A stretch of 64,000 nt of DNA from Protoeuglena noctilucae (Eukaryota): contig OY253669.1 in assembly GCA_958009085.1 (NCBI GenBank), positions 868,001-932,000 on the forward strand, read 5' to 3'. Positions 52,398-64,000 of the stretch are shown here, in pieces. A model generated the notes under the pieces. The model ran no database searches. It was given only the letters and a program-made list of their open reading frames with translations, and had not been told where the DNA came from. The number at the start of each line of letters is the position of its first letter. Within the stretch, counting starts at the first letter, position 1. A program made the translations under genes and the position numbers.

Positions 52398-54424
52398 ATG
52401 TCGCTGGGGCCCAAGATGGGCACTGCGACTCCAACACAGCCCTGGCGACTCGCCGGCGATGTGCACCGCCAGGCCGCGGAGGCCGTGGCCCAGGTGCCGC
52501 ACTGAGAGAAAGCCGCGGCCTGGCTGACTCTCCAGACGTGCTCAGCGTCACGCACGTGCTTTCCTGCCCCCGGCAGATTCTGGAGGCCGACCGCACGAAG
52601 CAACACGGCATCTCCATCAAGTCGCTGACGCTGGGGGAAGGCGTCAAGGCCAAGAAGGCCACGTACGCCGTGACAGTCAATACCTTGAAACATTTGCCCC
52701 TCCTGGACCCGGTCCTCGACTCTTCCGGCGTCCTGGCGTCCCACCCAAGGCTCTCCCGTCCCGCCGCCCTCGTCCTCACGCGAGTGCCGCCCCGCTTCTT
52801 GCCGCGAGCTCCCCTCGTCTGTCACCGTCGGCACCTCGCACCACGCTTTCCTCTCTTCCACCACCGCAGCTATGAGATACTGTTCGGGGAGGGTGTGCGA
52901 CCCATCGGCGGGGCAGAGCGTGCCTTGGTGAGTTCTTTCCAAGAGCACCGCTCTCAACAGCCCACTTCTCTCCGTCGCATGCATTTCACGGTCTCCGCGC
53001 CGGTGACTGCCCGCAGCTCCGGTCACGCCCACGCCTGGAGGAGGCATTGCGCGACGTGCTTTCGTTGGCGGGCGTCGACAGCGCCGAGTCATTCCTGGCG
53101 CGCGCCGGCGGGGCCGCTGAGCAGGGGGCGGCAAGGACGCGCACGCTGCGAGTCAACACGCTCAAGGCCAGTGTGCAGGAGGTCGTCTGCGCTCTGGAGA
53201 GCGACTTGGGGCGGGGCCGTGTTGCCGAGGACCCCTTGCTCCCCGCCCTTTTGCGACTACCACCCGGCACGGACTTGCATGACCACGAGGTCGTCGTGAG
53301 CGGGCGGGGCATTCTGCAGTCTGCCGCGAGCTGCATGCCCGCGGTGGCTCTGGGCCCAAAGGCCGGGTGGCACGTTCTCGACGCCTGCGCCGCCCCGGGC
53401 AACAAGACGACGCACCTGGCGGCGCTCGTCGGCCCCACCGGCCGCGTGTTTGCCTATGACCGGGACGAGCGACGCCTCGCCACCCTCCGCGCCAACGCGG
53501 TCCGCGCGGGGGCCGACCACATTCAGGCCACGTGCCAGGACTTCCTGAAGGTCGACGCGGGGGCACCGCACTTGAGTCAGGTATGTTGCACGCTTGAAGA
53601 TTGCCAATGCCAGTAATGGCGACCTGCTAGGTAGCTGTGCGGAATGCAGCAATTGTGGCACGTGACGCTCGCAGGTGCGTGCAATTCTCCTCGACCCGTC
53701 GTGCTCCGGGTCGGGGACCAAGGTGTCGCGGATGGATCACCTGCTGCCGAGCGAGCGCGGTGCGAGCGGGGCCAGTGCGGGCCATGAGGCAGGGCGGGAG
53801 GGTGGCGGCGCGGACGTCGCGAGAGGCAGGAAGCGGCGCCGCGGCGAGGGTTCGGATGGCGACCCGGGACGCGTGGACTCGGCCTGGTGGGATTGCCCCG
53901 AGCGGGACCGCGGCCGCGTCGACAAGCTGGCGCGCTTCCAGGAGACGGCGCTGCGGCACGCGCTGCGGTTTCCGCAGGTCCGGCGGGTTGCCTACAGCAC
54001 GTGCAGCGTGTACAGGTGCGCGTCGCAAGCCGCACGCTCGGAGTGCCATGCGCCTGGGCTGCCCAAACTAGGCAGCGTGCATGAGCCCAGCACAGGGAGG
54101 CCATTTGGACCGCGCCGCGTTGCCGCAGGCGGGAGAACGAGGAGGTGGTGGCGCTGGTGCTGGAGGAGGCGGAGCAGCTGGGGTTCCGTCTGAGTCGGGC
54201 GTTGGTGGGGCCGCCGCGCATTGCCTTGGCCCCTTGGTCCATGTCCCCGAGCCCCGCTGCAGCCCACATCATCGCCGCTTGCCACGTTGTCCCTGCAGCC
54301 CGGTTGGCCGAGGCGAGGGCTGCCAGAGTACCCGTTTGCCAGCAAGGTCGTGCGGGTGCACCAGGGCGAGGACGACACGGACGGCTTCTTCGTGGCTGTT
54401 TTTAAGGTGCGCGCGCGGAGATGA
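52398..54424 (+). CDS. NSUN5: Large-subunit rRNA cytosine-C5 methyltransferase NSUN5/Rcm1
   Basis: RVNTLK, ILQSAASCMPA, DACAAPGNKTTHLA, LLDPSCSGSG, YSTCS, ENEEVV, TDGFFVA. Confidence 0.93.
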
Positions 54425-54556
54425 TCGAACTGCTCTGTGAGGCACGCGCTTCCGTGACCAGCGCAAGTCGCTGCTGACCGCAGCGGCGCAAGGGGACCGC
54501 GGATCGGGACGGCACGTGAGAGACGGGCTGCCATGAGCAGCACCCGGTCTCGCCGG

Positions 54557-55186
54557 TCACTTGTTGCGCGTGAAGGGGAGCGCCGCTTTCAGCGCCGCCG
54601 ACATGCGCTGCACGAACTCCTGCACGCGGAAGAGCGTGTCGTCCGGCGTGTTGGCGCTGTCGGGAAAGTCTGCCTCCGGCCCCAGGACAGTGCGCAGCGC
54701 CTCCCGGGCCTGCGTGCGGAAGCGGGTGATATCGTTGAAACGTATGGGAGTCCCAGGTCGCGGAACCGCGGGCCCGGCGCGGCGCGGACCTGCTTCATAG
54801 TGATGGTCCTCCGGCGCGTCACGTCAAACATCCCAAACATCGTTTCGAGGTCCTTGGTGTTGAGCAGCGGCTCGGTCCCCATCTCTCGCGCGTGCGTGAG
54901 GAACTTCTGCGGGAAGCGGAAGCCAGCGTCGTTGGCACGCGCCTCGCGACCGGCTGCCCTGCGTGCTGGGGGCCCCACGCACCACCATGGCGTCGTAGGG
55001 GTCTTCTGGCTTGTAAAATATCAAATGCGCGGTCATGTCCTGCGGAGGAGGCGAAAGCAGATCTTAAAACGCACGCGTCGCGGAGGAGGAGGCGCACGAG
55101 CTCGGGGCAGGAGCCCGTGCCTGGAACAGCTGCCGTAGCCCGTGCTCCTCGATGTACTCCTCCGTCTGGATTTGAGGATCCGCCAT
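54557..55186 (-). CDS. EFCAB10-like small flagellar protein (RIIa/Dpy-30-type D/D domain + EF hand)
   Basis: Spliced: MADPQIQTEEYIEEHGLRQLFQ-DMTAHLIFYKPEDPY..LLNTKDLETMFGMFDVTRRRTITMKQ-AREALRTVLG. Confidence 0.8.
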
Positions 55187-55680
55187 CTCGCTCCCCTTGC
55201 GACGAGACAGGCCGCGCCGGCCCCCTGCGGCGCCCAAGCAGGTCGGGAGTGCACGACATGCCATTCCAGCCGCGCGGGTCCATGATGCAGCGCAGAGCCC
55301 GCGTCCTGCATTCACCGTGCCTCCAGTAGAAACCAAACTTGCCGGTGCAATGCGCGCGCCCTCCCAAGCAGGCGCTTCGCTTGCCATAAACGCTTTCGCA
55401 ATGCTTTGATGCTTCCTTACCCGCCTTCTGTGCGCCGATGACAGCTGCCGCTGCCAGCGCCGCGAGAATGAGGATGCCATGCCGAACACCGCATATCGTG
55501 CCACAAACGGATCCACTGGCACCTGACACCTCATTGACAAGGTCGCGCCGGCGATGTTGCCATCTAATGCGACGTGCTCATGTCTATCTGACCAGTATAT
55601 CGGACCTCCCTCATCTAACTTTCCTCCTATAGGTTTGCACAACTCATTGTGCCCCGCACTAGTGATCCTGCCCTGTCGCA

Positions 55681-56255
55681 ATGAAGGGCAAGGTTCTGTA
55701 TCGCACGTGGAACATCGTCGTCACGACGGAGGGCGTCTGGCTAAACTAGTGAGTGACCGCATGCTTGTGGTCGCATGGGAGGGTCGCTCCTGCCAGGAGG
55801 ACGCAGTTGCTGTCTTCACCGTGCCTCCCGAATGAACGCAGTTACTACTTCCCAATCCCTCTGCCCAAGTTCCTCGGCTGGAGCGCCATCAAGCGCATCG
55901 TTGTGGGGCCTCGGAGAGCCAAGACGTGGGGTCAGAGCTTGTCGCCCGTCTGGTGGCACCTCCAGGCGGGCCGCGAGTGCGCCGAGCGAACTGCCATCAT
56001 CCTCGACGTCGCCGACCAGCCGAACTACTTCCTGTCGCCATCATCGGGTGAGCGTGGGTCAGCCTACGTGCCAGCTTGCACATGACCATAGCTGTCGCTT
56101 GCAGGGCGCCTGGTTGATGCCATATCTGCGGCCTGCGTGCGCCTGCAGGCATGACGCCGCCGGAGCAGGACGTGGAGAAAATTGTCGAGATCATCGCGTC
56201 CCGGTGCTCCGCGCCCCTGGTACGCGAGGGGATCAGGACAGGTGCCTGGTCCTAG
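55681..56255 (+). CDS. Small uncharacterised PH-like beta-rich protein (~126 aa)
   Basis: Exons 55681-55748, 55842-56047 and 56149-56255 with phase-compatible GT-AG introns; motif YYYFP..K..I..KTWG..VWW..R. Confidence 0.7.
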
Positions 56256-56447
56256 AGCCCGCATGACATGCACAGCAGGGTCCCATGCGCGCTGAGAGCG
56301 CAGCAGCAGAGCAGAGTCGACCAGCCACTCCCCGCCAGGACAGATGATGTAGTAGGGCAGCCGAGCCTCCACCAGCATTCAACAGCAATTGGAACAGTTG
56401 AAGCCGCAACCACGGTGGCTGCCGTTGCGGCAGTCAAACCGCCCTGC

Positions 56448-59443
56448 TCACAGCTTGCCCTCGTCGATGTACTCCTTCACCGCGATGTCCATGATCTTGA
56501 TCTCCTCGAGCGGCCGCTCGAAGCGGTTGGTCTTGGTCCGCTCAATCACGCCCACCACGTCCATGCCCTTGACCACGCGCCCAAAGACCGTGTGCTTTTC
56601 GTCCAGCCACGGCGTCGGCACCGTCGTGATGAAGAACTGCGACCCGTTGGTGTTGGGCCCCGAGTTGGCCATCGACACCGTCCCCGCCCGGTCGTGCCGC
56701 AGCTGGGGGTGGAACTCGTCGGGGAAGGACCCGCCCCAGATCGACTCCCCGCCCGTGCCGTCCCCGAGCGGGTCGCCCGTCTGCACCATGAAGCCCTTGA
56801 TCACGCGGTGGAACACGATGCCGTTGTAGTAGCCGTTGCGCGCGTGAGTCACGAAGTTCTCCACCGTCCGCGGGCACTCCTCCGGGAACTGCGAGCGGGG
56901 TTGATTGCGGAAGCCCAATCGCGACAGAAACCGGGCAACGCTACCGATTGTTTGTCCAGTAACCACCGCTCCTTCCTGCACGTCCACCTCCCCAGCTGCC
57001 ACCCGCGCCGCTGCTCACCAGCTTGATCCACACGTCGCCGCGGTTGGTGTGCATGACGGCACCCCGGGGCAGCAGCGCCCCGGAAATTTCGTCCACGAGC
57101 CCCGGCACCGCCCCGCTTTCGATCGGCTTCTCGTTGAACACGTCGCGCGACACCAGCGGGTTGTCCAGGTCCTCTGCGGGGGGTTCCCGGCGCGTGAAGA
57201 GGTAAAAACGCTCTTTCTTGAACGCCGTGGCCACCAGGGTCGGGTCCGCCAGCTCCAGCTTGGCCTTCGTGTCCGCCGTGGCTCGCGCAATCTTCCGGCG
57301 CTTGGACGCGGCCACCTGGCCCTGCGCGCGCGGGGACAGAGGCACCGCGTCCCACGCTGATACGACAGGAATCCAAAGCTGAGAAGAATAAGCGATGCTA
57401 CCGCGACAGGTCCTCGCCAGGGACCCTGCGCGGCCATGCCTGGCCGGTCCTGTGGCTTACACACCTGGTAGAGCGCGACCTGGATGAACCGCTCGGTGTT
57501 CTCGACCTTGCCGAGGAGCCGGGACACGCGGTTGGTGACGAGGTTGACGACTTTGATGCCCACGTAGCTGCCAAAGAGGAGGAAGTGACCGGACTCATCG
57601 AACACGCACGTCGGCAGCGGCGCCTGGTCGTCGCCCCCTGCAGCCCACCGGCGGTGGACGTCCCGCTCCACGGCCATCCTGCGGGCGGCAGCTGGCAACC
57701 TCTTTCTCTACCGCCGCTCCCTCCGCCCCTGCCCCGGTGCGCACGCTGCTGCCCCACCGCAGCCGCACCTGTGCCCGAAGTCCAGCGCCCCAAGCTCGAG
57801 CATCTCGCCTCCCAGCCGCTGCAGATCGCTCGACGCCTCCAACGACTCGTTATACACGCGGCGGAGGTGGCCGGACGACACATCAAGCACGCGCACCCGC
57901 AGGTCGGCGCACACCAATGCGATGGTCTCGCCGTCCGGGGAAATGGCCATCGACCACGCGTGCGTCTTGTCCTGCAGGCGGGGGCCACAGTTGAAGAGGT
58001 CGCACAGGCGGTGGGTGGAGGGCGCGAGCGACACCGTTACGTCGTAACCATGCTGGCCTCTTCTGCCCTCCACTAGCAAGCCCAGCCGCACCTTCGCGAG
58101 GCAGAAGAGGTCCGTCTCCATCTTCAGTCGGAACGTGAAGTCCCCCCGGTCCTCTGGGAACTTGCCCATCTTGGGGTCCCATATCTCGATCATGCCCTTG
58201 GTATCTGCGATGGCCAGGCGGTGGAAGGAGCGGGGTGGATAGAGACGATTGAGAGCGAAAGGAGAGCCGCGCGTGCCAGGCCGCCCGCGCACCTGTGCTG
58301 ATGACGACGTTGAAGGCCGGGTCGTAGCGGGCGCAGGTGACGGGCGCCCGGTGCAGGCGGCACTCGGCGATGGCGTCCGGGGAGCCCGACTTGCCGTCGA
58401 TGACGTCAGCGCGTCCCGACTCGGCGTCGAACACCGCCAGGCGCGCGCGGGCCTCGTCCTTCTTGAAGCACCACTCGGCGCACCGGGGCGTGAAGGCCAG
58501 CCGTACCATCCCAATCATGTCGAACATGCCCACGTCAAAGACCTTGAGGGTGCGGTCCTTGGACCACGACACGAGACAGTCGCCGTCCGCCGACACCGCC
58601 ACGCCCAGCACGGGGCCCGGGTGCGCCTGGGGGCCCAAGGGACATGTGGTGGGTGCTTTGCCCAACGCGGCTCAGCATACGTGGGTGAAGAGCATGGCCC
58701 CTGCCCTCACCTTGTAGTCCTTGGCAAATTCAATGCCTTTGCTCTGCTTCTTCCAGAACTTGACGTGCCCGTCCACGCTGCCCGTGATGATAAACTCGTG
58801 GTGGCTGGCGATGGCCAGGCACGACACCGTGTCGCGGTGCATGTAAGAGCGCTCGTACATCTGGGCCGAGGGCAGGTTCTCCAAATACTGCGACTCGTAC
58901 TCCAGAACCCTCCGCTTCTTCCTCTGCGGCGCACGAGCGGGCAGCGAATGAATACGCATGCAGGGATCTGTCGCTCGTGGTCGGCGCGTACGTACGTCGC
59001 AGGCGGCTGCCGCACCTGGGGCTGCTGCGGGCCCTGCTCCTCCCCCTCTCCCTCGTCCCCTGGAGGTGGCATCGGGCCCACATTCTCCTCCTCGTCTTCC
59101 TTGGGTGGCAGCGCGGGCGCGATGTCCTCGGATGCCGTTCCCTGCAAACGCACGGAAAGGCGATGCGTTCCAGCTCAGCCCGTCGCTCGAAACATATTTG
59201 TATCATGCGCGCGGAAGCAGGGCCGGAGGCGCAAACAACGCGCGCGGCAGTGCCTTGGCTCCCACGCTGGGGTGCCTCGGCCTGCGCGTCCCCTCGGAGG
59301 TTCGCGGGCGAGATAAATGCGCTTGCTCGGCGCCTGATCAAGCAAGGAGCGCGCGACATGCTCGCCACCTCGCTCAGGGGCGCGGGACCGACGTCTGGCT
59401 CCTCCTGCGGCGGCGCCGGGCCGACGTCCGGCCCGTCGCTCAT
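56448..59443 (-). CDS. PPWD1: WD40-repeat cyclophilin (PPWD1/CYP71)
   Basis: [17 protein letters not shown] repeats, cyclophilin domain [40 protein letters not shown]. Confidence 0.96.
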
Positions 59444-59934
59444 CCGTCCCCGTCCAGAGACCACTCAATGACTTGGTGAGTTCAATGGAAAGCGAATGAG
59501 TCGATCCCTGTCAGAGTCGGTGACCAACGCGCACGCGGGGCGCCACGAAGACAGGCCACGCGTGATGGGCAGTTATTGGGCCGATTACTCGTTCGATCCG
59601 CCGATGGAAAGCAAGCGCGCCACGTCTGATACAAGAAGTATGCGTCCGTGAGCCGCAATGCGCGGGGAAGGGCCTTCAGCATCCGCGTTTCTGCGACACG
59701 CCAGAGGACGCGCTTGTTCTTGCTCGGTGGGCGAGGCCTTGCGCGGAGAAAACACCCAGACGCTTGTGGACGTGAAGGTTCTGTACTTAGGCATATGAAC
59801 CTTACCAAACTTACCGGCTGCCGTCGACTTCCACGGGTTTGTGCCTTGCACCGGGGCCCACGCAGAGCGCGCCGCGCCCGTGGCATAAGCATTCGTCAGG
59901 GCATTGCGCCGTCTTTGCGCTGGAGCGGGGCGGG

Positions 59935-62408
<2,474 letters not shown>

Positions 62409-62668
62409 TCCGTTGTCGATGTTGCGCAGTTCAAGGAGTCCGCGCCATTACTCGGCAGGAAGCTGGGACGATGGTGAAGAGTCGATGGGTACACACGAGG
62501 CTACACAAGACAGGCTACTTGAGCTTAGAGGCGCACATCATGCGCCGTCCAGGCCCATCCCCGGATTCGCCTGCGATGGCCGAGGGCAGGAGGGATGAGG
62601 CGGGGAGCCAGCGCGCGCGCCGGGAGCGCACGTTGCGCCGCGAGTAGCGCGTCGCCCGCGGCCGCACC

Positions 62669-63593
62669 TCAGAGGGAGAGACCGGACTCGTCCGTGGAGT
62701 CGCCCCCGAGGTCCTTCTGGGAGTTGTAGTAGAGCGCCCAGATGAGCCCAAAGACGAAGATGAACGCGAAGGCCTCGGCCGAGTTGTCCACGCCCAGGAC
62801 CTTGCCCGTCCCGTCGCCGTTAAGGCGCTCGTCCACCAGAGCAAGCGCGGGGTGCGCCTGCACGAGGGCCGTCACGGCCGCAGCGACGGCCGCGAAGTCC
62901 CGCTTGGCCACAGCCGCCACTGCGAGCACGCGAACATCTCAGATCGCGGGGCCTTCCCGCGCCCCGGCGGCCCCCGCTGTGGGCGCGAGCGCGGCAGGGA
63001 TCTCCCGCGATGCGCGAGGCCCCCGCGGCGTCGCGGCCGGATCCGCGCGCCGGGATGGATGCAATCATTGCAATCAATCCGTCCAATGACCCCCGAAGAC
63101 CCCCGAGCTCCCGCTCGGGGGCCAGGGCGCCGGCCTAGATTCGGATAGAGGACGCACCGGGGGCAGCACGGACGGTGCGGGCACCTGCGAGGGGCGGAAA
63201 GGGGGGATGCGGTGTCGGAAGCGATCGGAGAAGAGCACTGGAGGACCCGCGACGGGACGCGCGCGCGCAGGGGGGGCCCCAAAGGGGGGAGGGATTCGAG
63301 CCCGACGCCGCGACAGATCGGCGTCCGGGGGACACGACGGGGGTCGCAGGCGCTTCGAGCGGTGGGAAGATATCAAGATGTGAGGCGGCCGCAGCGGAGA
63401 AGGCTCCGCGACGCCTGGGCGCGACATCTGAGCCCCCTCTTGCTGCTGACCCGTGCCCCGGGGTTCGCCGGGGCGACGATGCCCCTCATCGCACGTGAAT
63501 GGACCGATTCGATCGGCGGGAGCATCGCTGGCCCTCACCCTTGAGGACGGAGGCCCGGACGGCCACCGAAGTCGTCGCGCACGCGGCCTGCAT
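62669..63593 (-). CDS. psbW: Photosystem II subunit PsbW precursor
   Basis: Bipartite transit peptide over three exons (MQAACATT..VLK-GARTVRAAP-VAAVAKR..HPALA), mature LVDERLNGDGTG..FGLIWALY..ESGLSL. Confidence 0.93.
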
Positions 63594-64000
63594 GGTGACT
63601 AGCACTCGAGAGGACGAGAGATACCTCCGAAGATCAAGGACTGCACACCGTGCGCCCGGCAGCGCGAGCGTGTGAGATGCGCGGGGAGGTTGGGGAATAC
63701 CCTTGTGCAAGAAAAAGCGAATCGCGTCCCGCGAGGATTTGTGGAGATCTTGCGCACGCTCTCAGCCAGTCCGAGCCAGCGGCGCTGCGTCTCAGTCCGA
63801 TCCTGCCCTCTGTTGCACACCGCGCCACGTGCGTGTCGACACCTGCCCCACCCACCTCAGCGGATTGGCGCGCCTCCACCGCCTGCCGCCTGCAAGCCCC
63901 GCAGAGCCGCTGCACGACGCCAGGCGTTCCCCGGGGATTGCGGGAAGGGTAGCGTGAACCAGAGCCGCAGAGCCGAGGCGCTGTTGCGACGGGAGGACCG

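Noticed and set aside
55190..55680. Lower-GC intergenic stretches (also 9300-9600, 12520-12940, 59450-59930) as possible ncRNA genes
   Set aside because: No tRNA cloverleaf, paired C/D boxes or snRNA motifs recognised by eye; consistent with promoters or UTRs. An Infernal/Rfam scan would settle it.

Overview
GC-rich, gene-dense, intron-rich eukaryotic nuclear DNA from a green alga. Evidence: chloroplast-targeted PsbW, LIL3, GluTR-binding protein, UROS and APX, plus flagellar CFAP300 and EFCAB10. The compact layout suggests an early-diverging chlorophyte; this is inference only. I reconstructed 30 spliced protein-coding genes by hand (boundaries approximate) and there is one 200-N assembly gap. 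I found no rRNA, tRNA, CRISPR array or clear transposon. Most ORF-track entries are GC-shadow ORFs or exon fragments. Main findings: (1) a four-exon gene, invisible in the ORF track, carrying a KEN box, D-boxes and a C-terminal IR tail, i.e. a candidate UVI4/OSD1-like APC/C inhibitor, next to a TSO1/LIN54 gene; (2) a probably mitochondrial Clp/Hsp100 ATPase with a C4 zinc ribbon in place of the M-domain and an apparently dead second ATPase domain; (3) at least 15 GC-AG introns, mostly with a GCGAG donor; (4) a secreted protein combining a P4H-like segment, an ShKT domain and a degenerate MRH domain; (5) a hidden small PH-like gene; (6) near-strict strand alternation and a candidate TTGAA(C) poly(A) signal.
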